Source: Tubiluchus corallicola
Taxonomy: Eukaryota; Animalia; Priapulida
NCBI GenBank assembly: GCA_030141605.1
Contig: JAQGDQ010000873.1
Location: 22,175-86,174, forward strand
Length of the DNA: 64,000 bases
Direction of reading: 5' to 3'
Shown: positions 12,460 to 22,863 of the stretch, piece by piece
How positions within the stretch are numbered: the stretch's first letter is position 1
Layout: each line of letters starts with the position of its first letter
Notes under the pieces: generated by a model
The model's database searches: none
The model's input: only the letters and a program-made list of their open reading frames with translations
What the model was told of the DNA's origin: nothing
Translations under genes and position numbers: made by a program

Positions 12460-13857
12460 TTATGGACCACAGCTTTGTGTTATCTTTTTGTAGAGGCATT
12501 CACTGAGAATCGCAAAACATGCAATAATCACGCCTGTGAATAGTAGCGAAAAAGTGAGTGACAATTCAAGGATGCGTATTGTCCGTGCAGCAACATTTTG
12601 AGCAGGAGCTTGTAGACATTCTTCACAATGTGCTAGTGACGATGCTATAATTTTATTCATCAGTCCACTCTGTAGCATGCTCTTTAATGCTCGGTTGAAT
12701 GTTTCTACATGCACACTGTCTTTCGGAACTACGATGGACATCGGTGACAGATAATTTTCAGATTTATATGGAGCAAATGAAAACCGGCAACTTTTGTGCA
12801 ATTTCACATCCTGAGAAATAATTGCCTTTCCATAGAATTCTGATATGAACAAAGTGTACCTCTGTGATGCTGTAAGTTCTAGTCCAGTAAAATGATTGTC
12901 AGCTGGTGTTTCATCATCATCTTGCATTTTCTTCCACAGCAAGCCAAACTGTGTATCTGGAGGGCTGTTTCGTAATAGAGCGGTATCCGAAAAATTGCCT
13001 ATTGTCGTTAGTCTCATATCGCCGTCAATCAGTTCTTCAATGTTGTTAAAGGGATACGCTAGGTTGCTTACAAATAACTGACTAGTCAGGATGCCAGCAT
13101 ATATTGCTGTCACAATGAGAACGAAAAGCCACCACAGTATAATTAGAATCCTAGCAGGCCAACTTGCCGGCACATATGTACCACCTACATGAACTATAGA
13201 TCCCAGAGAATACTGGATAAAATAAGCCAGGTCTTTAGGTTGATGTTTAGATCGAATTTTTGGTCCATGCCGATCAAGGTAATAAATTATACATGCAGTC
13301 ATTATACTGAAGGCAATCAAAAGCATCCATACTGTTAGCGTAAATGGAGATGTTAGGTCTAGTGCTTCGTAATACTTCTGATGAACAATGAATATTTGAG
13401 GTGAATATGCAATTGGATACAGGAAAGTCATAAAGTTAAGACGGTGCTGGTTAACGTTAAATAAACCTAGCAGGAGGTCTACATCTTTGTATGTTACCAC
13501 TTCTTCCGGAGTTTTGCTTGTTGAAATCCATTGTATCGTATAAGTGAAATTTAATGCTTGTTGTAGGTAATCCAGTAATTGAATTAGCATCTCTTCAAAT
13601 ACGTCATTGATCCACATAGCTATGCGAAGTTCTTTTCCTCTTAACGTGTGGCTTGTTGTTTCGTTTGTGTTTTTACTGCATCCAGCGAAAGATTTTGCAC
13701 TGCCTTCCATGGCTCCTATAGCTGGTTTAGAGACTCCAATTACAGTTCTCTTTTCTATGTCTGCTTTCTTACTGTTACTAGGTAATGAGTGCTGACTACT
13801 TAATATGATGATGCATACGCTGAAGATCTTAATTTGGTAACACCGTCTCACATCCAT
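12460..13857 (-). CDS. Intronless divergent ionotropic receptor (IR-B1), 465 aa
   Basis: Signal-like N-terminus, LNFTY, SPFTLTVW, ARILIILWWLFVLIVTAIYAGILTSQL, PFNNIEELI, FNRALKSMLQSGL and M4. Confidence 0.88.
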   Translation of the reverse strand: MDVRRCYQIKIFSVCIIILSSQHSLPSNSKKADIEKRTVIGVSKPAIGAMEGSAKSFAGCSKNTNETTSHTLRGKELRIAMWINDVFEEMLIQLLDYLQQALNFTYTIQWISTSKTPEEVVTYKDVDLLLGLFNVNQHRLNFMTFLYPIAYSPQIFIVHQKYYEALDLTSPFTLTVWMLLIAFSIMTACIIYYLDRHGPKIRSKHQPKDLAYFIQYSLGSIVHVGGTYVPASWPARILIILWWLFVLIVTAIYAGILTSQLFVSNLAYPFNNIEELIDGDMRLTTIGNFSDTALLRNSPPDTQFGLLWKKMQDDDETPADNHFTGLELTASQRYTLFISEFYGKAIISQDVKLHKSCRFSFAPYKSENYLSPMSIVVPKDSVHVETFNRALKSMLQSGLMNKIIASSLAHCEECLQAPAQNVAARTIRILELSLTFSLLFTGVIIACFAILSECLYKKITQSCGP

Positions 13858-14214
13858 TGTGGCACAAATGTAGTAGTCATCAGTGCCTTACATTACCATT
13901 GTGCTAATGTATCGATAATATACTTAAACTTAATGGTTTGCTAATATTTATCCATTTGTTTAGGGCCTTGGAAATTTTCTGATTCATGCATTAAAGCTTC
14001 ACTTGCTCACTTTGCAATAAGCCATTTCTATTGTATTACCTTATGGAAAGCAAACAGCAATATATATCATGTTAGATTCTCTGTTGTTTTTGTTGGTTTA
14101 GTTATTTGCATGTATAGCCCAATAGCAAACACCATTTATTGTCGTAGAGTTCTCAATGTTATCATGACTGTCACTTTCCTTTGTTGTGGTTTCAGAGCCA
14201 TTAGAACTGAGTTT

Positions 14215-14600
14215 GCTGACTTTATCTGCAATGAATGAAAGTGCCAACTTTCATTTAGTTTTTTTCTACTTTTGGGCTGCAGCCCTAACTGGCCTTTGGA
14301 CAGTTTTTTTTAATGTTAGAATAACTTCCTTTTGTTGTTGGTCACCCACTCAAGTGCTTGTATCAGAAGTATTGAAGTATTTGATTGGTCCATGAATTTG
14401 CTTGAATGTCAGCCCTTTAACAATCCACAGCTTGTTGAAGTTGGCGCAGAGCTTCATATCGTGTTTGATGCACGCTATGTGCGAGAAAAAGTTCTTTCGC
14501 GTACCCATGTTTTTTTTGCTAGTTTATTCATTGATCATAATCTTCCTTCATATTTGTACAGCAGCATAAAGTGTAAAGCAGTTATGCAAAATTCGTGGCC
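14215..14600 (-). pseudogene. Internally deleted IR-C remnant (5' part fused to 3' end), copy 1
   Basis: Similar to 22140-22460 (tgtatcagaag...gattggtccatgaa) and to ~21215 (tgcaatgaatgaaagtgc). Ends approximate. Confidence 0.6.
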
Positions 14601-15149
14601 TTTATGTTGCCTGATTGCATTAGGTTGCAAAAATGCTTCTCCGAAGGTGCCTCATGGAATGATGTTCTTCAACATACAAAAAGATACAGAAAGTCAGCAG
14701 ACAGAATTTTGTGCTATCACTTTGTGTTTCCATTTCTGTTTCGTGTACATGTGTACACTCATAATTTTTCATTAGGCCTAATAATGCACACTGTGGTTAA
14801 ATGATTTTTGTACCTTACTTTGTGTACTATTTCCATTTCATGCACATGTGCACACTCGGAATTTTGCATTAGGCCTAATAATGCACATTGTGGTTGAATG
14901 CTTTTTGTACCTAAGTGCGCACTGCTGCTTTTCGTTAAACAAAGTAAAATTCTGTTTGTTTTTGGTTCATCAAATAAGTAATCTGTAAAATAACATATTT
15001 GCTGCTTCACATAACAGATAATAATTGCTAGTGGCTTTGTTTAACTTTTCAGTACTTTACCCAAATGTGCAGCACAAAAATGGCTATTTTAGTTATTTTT
15101 CGTTGTCATTATGTCGATTGTGCACCCGTTATTTTTGTTGTCTTTTGTC

Positions 15150-15324
15150 GCTGGTGTAACTTGCATGTCTGTGCAGTTGACATTCCTTGGTTACCAGGTT
15201 ACATTGTTTTTGTTGCTAATCAAATTTTTTCTCCACATAAGTTTTGGTTGAAATTGCTTATTATTTTAAACATGTAGATCATTGGAACAGATTTGATAAA
15301 CATTACAAGACAACTGCACCTCAT
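15150..15324 (-). pseudogene. 5' fragment of an IR-A paralog (ATG and signal region only), copy 1
   Basis: Aligns to 11758-11933 (gctggtgtaacttgcatgtctg...aaacatgtagatcattg...cacctcat); upstream flank similarity continues. Confidence 0.75.
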
Positions 15325-15856
15325 TTTCACTGTACTGTGCAGCATTTTATTTTATTTTTTGTATGTTGCTAGCACATTCTGTTTTTATATCTTACTATGG
15401 CAGTGACATTGATACCATGAAATTGATGCAGGATGACCAAACACACTTGCTGCTGAGAAATTTGTGCCTAACAAAAATAAATGGAAGAAGTGATATGTAG
15501 CAAATTCATATGCATCAGTAACAGACTGGTGATCGAAAATTTATTTCCATATTGAGACTTCAGTAACATTTTGATCACGAAACTCATAAACCATTAGTAA
15601 TGGAAAAGTAAACCGGTTTAGTCATTTTCGGCACCGTGATTCAAATTTTAATATATTTAAAAAAAACAAAGCTGAGTAGATCAGATGCTTCTTTTGCTTC
15701 TCTTGACTACCGTTTTGTCATTTGAGTAAAATGTCGCTGTTAAATTATCAGACTAATGTATTGCTAACAGATACAAAAACAATGAGCTTGCAGTAAAACA
15801 ATGAGGTTGCAGTCATGTTCCTTCTTTTTCACATTTTCATATTTCTGTTTGAGTTT

Positions 15857-17254
15857 TTATGGACCACAGCTTTGTGTTATCTTTTTGTAGAGGCATTCAC
15901 TGAGAATCGCAAAACATGCAATAATCACGCCTGTGAATAGTAGCGAAAAAGTGAGTGACAATTCAAGGATGCGTATTGTCCGTGCAGCAACATTTTGAGC
16001 AGGAGCTTGTAGACATTCTTCACAATGTGCTAGTGACGATGCTATAATTTTATTCATCAGTCCACTCTGTAGCATGCTCTTCAATGCTCGGTTGAATGTT
16101 TCTACATGCACACTGTCATTCGGAACTACGATGGACATCGGTGACAGATAATTTTCAGATTTATATGGAGCAAATGAAAACCGGCAACTTTTGTGCAATT
16201 TCACATCCTGAGAAATAATTGCCTTTCCATAGAATTCTGATATGAACAAAGTGTACCTCTGTGATGCTGTAAGTTCTAGTCCAGTAAAATGATTGTCAGC
16301 TGGTGTTTCATCATCATCTTGCATTTTCTTCCACAGCAAGCCAAACTGTGTATCTGGAGGGCTGTTTCGTAATAGAGCGGTATCCGAAAAATTGCCTATT
16401 GTCGTTAGTCTCATATCGCCGTCAATCAGTTCTTCAATGTTGTTAAAGGGATACGCTAGGTTGCTTACAAATAACTGACTAGTCAGGATGCCAGCATATA
16501 TTGCTGTCACAATGAGAACGAAAAGCCACCACAGTATAATTAGAATCCTAGCAGGCCAACTTGCCGGCACATATGTACCACCTACATGAACTATAGATCC
16601 CAGAGAATACTGGATAAAATAAGCCAGGTCTTTAGGTTGATGTTTAGATCGAATTTTTGGTCCATGCCGATCAAGGTAATAAATTATACATGCAGTCATT
16701 ATACTGAAGGCAATCAAAAGCATCCATACTGTTAGCGTAAATGGAGATGTTAGGTCTAGTGCTTCGTAATACTTCTGATGAACAATGAATATTTGAGGTG
16801 AATATGCAATTGGATACAGGAAAGTCATAAAGTTAAGACGGTGCTGGTTAACGTTAAATAAACCTAGCAGGAGGTCTACATCTTTGTATGTTACCACTTC
16901 TTCCGGAGTTTTGCTTGTTGAAATCCATTGTATCGTATAAGTGAAATTTAATGCTTGTTGTAGGTAATCCAGTAATTGAATTAGCATCTCTTCAAATACG
17001 TCATTGATCCACATAGCTATGCGAAGTTCTTTTCCTCTTAACGTGTGGCTTGTTGTTTCGTTTGTGTTTTTACTGCATCCAGCGAAAGATTTTGCACTGC
17101 CTTCCATGGCTCCTATAGCTGGTTTAGAGACTCCAATTACAGTTCTCTTTTCTATGTCTGCTTTCTTACTGTTACTAGGTAATGAGTGCTGACTACTTAA
17201 TATGATGATGCATACGCTGAAGATCTTAATTTGGTAACACCGTCTCACATCCAT
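15857..17254 (-). CDS. Intronless divergent ionotropic receptor (IR-B2), 465 aa; near-identical duplicate of IR-B1
   Basis: Same protein as 12460-13857 except VPKD to VPND; offset 3397 bp. Confidence 0.86.
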   Translation of the reverse strand: MDVRRCYQIKIFSVCIIILSSQHSLPSNSKKADIEKRTVIGVSKPAIGAMEGSAKSFAGCSKNTNETTSHTLRGKELRIAMWINDVFEEMLIQLLDYLQQALNFTYTIQWISTSKTPEEVVTYKDVDLLLGLFNVNQHRLNFMTFLYPIAYSPQIFIVHQKYYEALDLTSPFTLTVWMLLIAFSIMTACIIYYLDRHGPKIRSKHQPKDLAYFIQYSLGSIVHVGGTYVPASWPARILIILWWLFVLIVTAIYAGILTSQLFVSNLAYPFNNIEELIDGDMRLTTIGNFSDTALLRNSPPDTQFGLLWKKMQDDDETPADNHFTGLELTASQRYTLFISEFYGKAIISQDVKLHKSCRFSFAPYKSENYLSPMSIVVPNDSVHVETFNRALKSMLQSGLMNKIIASSLAHCEECLQAPAQNVAARTIRILELSLTFSLLFTGVIIACFAILSECLYKKITQSCGP

Positions 17255-17611
17255 TGTGGCACAAATGTAGTAATCATCAGTGCCTTACATTACCATTGTG
17301 CTAATGTATCGATAATATACTTAAACTTAATGGTTTGCTAATATTTATCCATTTGTTTAGGGCCTTGGAAATTTTCTGATTCATGCATTAAAGCTTCACT
17401 TGCTCACTTTGCAATAAGCCATTTCTATTGTATTACCTTATGGAAAGCAAACAGCAATATATATTATGTTAGATTCTCTGTTGTTTTTGTTGGTTTAGTT
17501 ATTTGCATGTATAGCCCAATAGCAAACACCATTTATTGTCGTAGAGTTCTCAATGTTATCATGACTGTCACTTTCCTTTGTTGTGGTTTCAGAGCCATTA
17601 GAACTGAGTTT

Positions 17612-17990
17612 GCTGACTTTATCTGCAATGAATGAAAGTGCCAACTTTCATTTAGTTTTTTCTACTTTTGGGCTGCAGCCCTAACTGGCCTTTGGACAGT
17701 TTTTTTTTATGTTAGAATAACTTCCTTTTGTTGTTGGTCACCCACTCAAGTGCTTGTATCAGAAGTATTTGATTGGTCCATGAATTTGCTTGAATGTCAG
17801 CCCTTTAACAATCCACAGCTTGTTGAAGTTGGCGCAGAGCTTCATATCGTGTTTGATGCACGCTATGTGCAAGAAAAAGTTCTTTCGCGTACCCATGTTT
17901 TTTTTGCTAGTTTATTCATTGATCATAATCTTCCTTCATATTTGTACAGCAGCATAAAGTGTAAAGCAGTTATGCAAAATTCGTGGCCTT
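17612..17990 (-). pseudogene. Internally deleted IR-C remnant, copy 2
   Basis: Near-identical to 14215-14600. Ends approximate. Confidence 0.6.
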
Positions 17991-18619
17991 TATGTTGCCT
18001 GATTGCATTAGTTTGCAAAAATGCTTCTCCGAAGGTGCCTCATGGAATGATGTTCTTCAACATACAAAAAGATACAGAAAGTCAGCAGACAGAATTTTGT
18101 GCTATCACTTTGTGTTTCCATTTCTGTTTCGTGTACATGTGTACACTCATAATTTTTCATTAGGCCTAATAATGCACACTGTGGTTGAATGATTTTTGTA
18201 CCTTACGTTGTGTACCATTTCCGTTTCGCGTACATGTGTACAGACAGAATTTTTCATTAGGCCTAATAATGCACACTGTGGTTAAATGATTTTTGTACCT
18301 TACTTTGTGTACTATTTCCATTTCATGCACATGTGCACACTCAGAATTTTGCATTAGGCCTAATAATGCACATTGTGGTTGAATGCTTTTTGTACCTAAG
18401 TGCGCACTGCTGCTTTTCGTTAAACAAAGTAAAATTCTGTTTGTTTTTGGTTCATCAAATAAGTAATCTGTAAAATAACACATTTGCTGCTTCACATAAC
18501 AGATAATAATTGCTAGTGACTTTGTTTAACTCAAATGTGCAGCACAAAAATGGCTATTTGAGTTATTTTTCGTTGTCATTATGTCGATTGTGCACCCGTT
18601 ATTTTTGTTGTCTTTTGTC

Positions 18620-18794
18620 GCTGGTGTAACTTGCATGTCTGTGCAGTTGACATTCCTTGGTTACCAGGTTACATTGTTTTTGTTGCTAATCAAATTTTTT
18701 CTCCACATAAGTTTTGGTTGAAATTGCTTATTATTTTAAACATGTAGATCATTGGAACAGATTTGATAAACGTTACAAGACAATTGCACCTCAT
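18620..18794 (-). pseudogene. 5' fragment of an IR-A paralog, copy 2
   Basis: Near-identical to 15150-15324. Confidence 0.75.
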
Positions 18795-19334
18795 TTTCAC
18801 TGTACTGTGCAGCATTTTATTTTATTTTTTGTATGTTGCTAGCACATTCTGTTTTTATATCTTACTATGGCAGTGACATTGATACCATGAAATTGATGCA
18901 GGATGACCAAACACACTTGCTGCTGAGAAATTTGTGCCTAACAAAAATAAATGGAAGTGATATGTAGCAAATTCATATGCATCAGTAACAGACTGGTGAT
19001 CGAAAATTTATTTCCATATTGAGACTTCAGTAACATTTTGATCACGAAACTCATAAACCATTAGTAACGTAAAAGTAAGTTAGTTTAGTCATTTTTGGCA
19101 CCGTGATTCAAATTTTAATATATTTAAATAAAAAATAAAGTTGAGTAGATCAGATGCTTCTTTTGCTTCTCTTGACTACCGTTTTGTCATTTGAGTAAAG
19201 CGTCGCTGTTAAATTATCAGACTAATGTATTGCTAACAGATACAAAAACAATGCGCTTGCAGTCAAACAACGAGGTTGCAGTCATGTTCCTTCTTTTTCA
19301 CATTTTCCTCATTTTCACATTTCTGTTTGAGTTT

Positions 19335-20735
19335 TTATGGACCACAGCTTTGTGTTATCTTTTTGTAGAGGCATTCACTGAGAATCGCAAAACATGCAAT
19401 AATCACGCCTGTGAATAGTATCAAAAAAGTGAGTGACAATTCAAGGATGCGTATTGTCCGTGCAGCAACATTTTGAGCAGGAGCTTGTAGACATTCTTCA
19501 CAATGTGCTAGTGACGATGCTATAATTTTATTCATCAGTCCACTCTGTAGCATGCTCTTCAATGCTCGGTTGAATGTGTCTACATGCACACTGTCATTCG
19601 GAACTACGATGGACATTGGTGACACATAATTTTCAGATTTATATGGAGCAAATGAAAACCGGCAACTTTTGTGCAATTTCACATCCTCAGAAATCATTGC
19701 CTTTCCATAGAATTCTGATGTGAACAATGTGTACCTCTTTGATGCTGTAAGTTCTAGTCCAGTAAAATGATTGTCAGTTGGTGTTTCATCATCATCTTGC
19801 ATTTTCTTCCACAGCAAGCCAAACTGTGTATCTGGAGGGCTGCTTCGTAATAGAGCGGTATACGAAAAATTGCCTATTGTCGTTGGTATTATATCTCCGT
19901 CAATCAGTTCTTCAATGTTGTTGAAAGGATACGCTAGGTTGCTTACAAATAATTGACTAGTCAGGATGCCAGCATATATTGCTGTCACAATGAGAACGAA
20001 AAACCACCACAGTATAATTAGAATCCTAGCAGGCCAACTTGCCGGCACGTATGTACCACCCATACGAACCAAAGATCCCACAGAATACTGGATAAAATAA
20101 GTCAGGTCTTTAGATTGATGTTTACACTTAATTTTTTGTCCATGCCGATCAAGGTAATAAATTATACATGCAGTCATTATGCTGAAGGCAATCAAAAGCA
20201 TCCATACTGTTAGCGTAAATGGAGATGTTAGGTCTAGTGTGTCGTATTGCTTCTGATGAACAATGATAAATGTTTGGGGTGAATACGTAATTGGATACAG
20301 GAAAGTCATAAAGTTAAGACGGTGCTTGTTATAGCTAAATAAACCTAGCAGGAGGTCTACATCTTTGTACGTTGCCACTTCTTCCGGAGTTTTGGTATCA
20401 GAAATCCATTGTATCGTATAAGTGAAATTTAATGCTTGTTGTAGGTAATCCAGTAATTGAATTAGCATCTCTTCAAATATGTCATTCATCCACATAGCTA
20501 TGCGAAGTTCTTTTCCTCTTAACGTGTGGCTTGTTGTTTCGTTTGTGTTTTTACTGCATCCAGCGAAAGATTTTGCACTTCCTTCCATGGCTCCTATAGC
20601 TGTTTTAGAGACTCCAATTACAGTTCTCTTTTCTGTGTCCATTTTTGTATTGTTACTAGTTAATGAGTGCTGAATACTTAATAAGATGATGCATACGCTA
20701 AAGATCTTAATTTGGTAACACCGTCTCACATCCAT
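19335..20735 (-). CDS. Intronless divergent ionotropic receptor (IR-B3), 466 aa
   Basis: Paralog of IR-B1/B2 with many substitutions in S1, pore and S2 but an almost identical C-terminus; offset 3478 bp from IR-B2. Confidence 0.88.
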   Translation of the reverse strand: MDVRRCYQIKIFSVCIILLSIQHSLTSNNTKMDTEKRTVIGVSKTAIGAMEGSAKSFAGCSKNTNETTSHTLRGKELRIAMWMNDIFEEMLIQLLDYLQQALNFTYTIQWISDTKTPEEVATYKDVDLLLGLFSYNKHRLNFMTFLYPITYSPQTFIIVHQKQYDTLDLTSPFTLTVWMLLIAFSIMTACIIYYLDRHGQKIKCKHQSKDLTYFIQYSVGSLVRMGGTYVPASWPARILIILWWFFVLIVTAIYAGILTSQLFVSNLAYPFNNIEELIDGDIIPTTIGNFSYTALLRSSPPDTQFGLLWKKMQDDDETPTDNHFTGLELTASKRYTLFTSEFYGKAMISEDVKLHKSCRFSFAPYKSENYVSPMSIVVPNDSVHVDTFNRALKSMLQSGLMNKIIASSLAHCEECLQAPAQNVAARTIRILELSLTFLILFTGVIIACFAILSECLYKKITQSCGP

Positions 20736-21149
20736 CGCAGCACAAATGTAATAATCATAGGTAGGTGCCTTCCATAACCATTACGCTAATGTATCAATAC
20801 TATAGTTAAGTTAATGGTTTGTCAATATTTATCCGTTAGTGTAGGGCCTTGGAATTTTTCTGATTGGCACATCATTGTATTGATTTCTATTGTGTTAGCT
20901 TATGGAAAGCAAAGGTTATGTTAAACTCTCTGGTGTGTTTTTGTTAGTCCTGTTTGTATTAGTTTGTATAACCCAATAGCAAATACCATGATAGAGTTCT
21001 TGTGTTAACGTAATTGCCACTTTCCTTTGTTGTGGTTTCAGAGCCTCAGAATTGAGTTTTGCTGAAGCTGAAATGTGAAGTTTTAAAGTATTATTTTTTC
21101 ACATTTAGCTCTGTAGTAACGTTGGTGACAAATTTATCAATATTCTTAC

Positions 21150-22452
21150 ATCATAAGGTAGTATTACGCTTTATACACTATCATTACCGCAAACGAATAA
21201 TTATACTGCACTTATTTGCAATGAATGAAAGTGCTAAAAAATTTGTACTATTATTGTTTTGTTTATGCTATAGTTGATTGCTTAGGTATGTTTAAGCAAG
21301 ATTCTGAATTTTGCAAAGCTTTTGTCATAAATGTCTTGAGTGGCCAGTTTGATACAGGTTTTTCAAAGCAAAGTTGTGTTTTTCTAGATACAAGTTATCT
21401 TTCGGAATGGCTATTAACAAGGTGCAGGAAATTAATGTATTTGACAACGATGTCAAACAGTAGAAACTGTGTTACGGGAAGTCTGCTGCTATACTTTGGC
21501 ATAAATCTCTGGAGCGAAGGCCGTGGACCTTCCCGTTTCTGTCAGTACTAGAGTTTCAACCGAATATTCTGCTGGCACAGTCGTTCATTCTCATCTTTCT
21601 TCCGTAACTTACCGTAGTCTGTATCAGGAGGACTATTTATCAGCATGTGTTGGACTGTCCATGAGTTCTTGAAGATTGTTGAAAGAGTACTCAAGTTTAC
21701 TAACAAACAGTTTACTTCTCAGAATACCTGTGTAGGTGGTACCTACTGTAATGGCTAATGGCACATCTATTTACCATCCTTGCAGGTGCATCTAGCAAAT
21801 TACTAGTTTCCAGAATTTTGACACGATCATATGAATGTGTGCCAGTGTTTTGTGTTAGTAGTAAAATGTAATGAATTGCTAATGCTACACTTTAAAAGTA
21901 GATGCCAACTTCCATGGTAAAAGGCATCCTTAGATTTCTAGTTCGTCCTAAATCTGTCATAGGATAACGAATACTTGTGGCGAGTATGCAACTAAATATG
22001 TGAGGAATGTGAGGATTCACGTCTTTCCATTGTTAGGTGAAGTAATGAAATGGTAAATCATTGTCATAATTTTTTTCTTATGTGAAGCCATATATGTATG
22101 TTAATTCATATGGGTCATATAAGTAAAGTCAAAGGATTTGCTCACCCATTCTAGTATTTGTATCAGAAGCACTGATTGGTCCATGAAGCCACTTAAATGG
22201 GAGCACTTTAAGACTGTACAACTTCTGTCTGTTGAATTGTTCCTTCTTGAAATTGGTACAGAGCTTCCTGTCGTGTTTGGTGCTCACAATGTGTAAGAAA
22301 GAAAAGTTCATTTCTGTACCTTTCGTTTTTGGTCAACTTGTTTGTTGACCATAATCTATACCTTTCGTTTTTGGTCAACTTGTTTGTTGACCATAATCTA
22401 TCTTCGTCTTCTTACGACAGCAAAAAGTATAAAGCAGTTATAGAAAATTCAT
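21150..22452 (-). pseudogene. Full-length decayed IR pseudogene (IR-C); ends approximate
   Basis: Manual translation across stops and frameshifts gives LLIQILEWVSKSFDFTY, VAYSPQVFVI, GTTYTGILRSKLFVSKLEYSFNNLQELMDS, INSPPDTDYGKL, LVLTETGRSTAFAPEIYAK and IAIPKDNLYLEKHNFALKNLYQTG, collinear with IR-B. It contains a 42-bp tandem duplication near 22317-22400. Confidence 0.85.
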
Positions 22453-22863
22453 GGTCTTGTGTTGTCTAGTGGCATTGGGTTACACAGATCTACAAAAATG
22501 CTCCTCTAGAAATGTCTCTTGGAATAATGTTCTTCAACTAAAAGAAAGACAACGGAATTTTTATTTTGTGCACCATTTCCATTTCATGCATATGTACACT
22601 CAGAATTTCATTAGGCCTAATAATTGGGTAAATGATTTTTGAAGCTAAATGTGCAGTACAAAAGATTCCTATCTTAAGTATTATTTTTATTTTCATTACA
22701 TTGTTTGTACACTTGTTTTTGTTTGTTTGCATTTAGTTTTAAATATTTCGAAAATTTTCAGTAGCTTTTTTATTACTTTTTTCTTGGGATTCACAAAAGT
22801 CAATGTTTTATTTTATTACATAAATAAATTTATTAAAACACGTTACACATTTACAAAGTGGGG

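Larger units (their letters stand above)
11758..21060. repeat. Three-fold tandem segmental duplication (~3.4-3.5 kb unit) carrying IR-A 5' end, IR-B and IR-C remnant
   Basis: Coding and non-coding sequence recurs at offsets of ~3397 and ~3478 bp. An internal ~98-bp repeat (cattaggcctaataatgcac) occurs as 2 copies (~14770-14910), 3 copies (~18158-18400) and 1 copy (~22610). Confidence 0.9.

Noticed and set aside
14332-14775. 147-aa and 137-aa (17750-18163) + strand ORFs conserved between duplicates
   Set aside because: They are antisense to IR-C remnants; identity reflects recent duplication, not selection.
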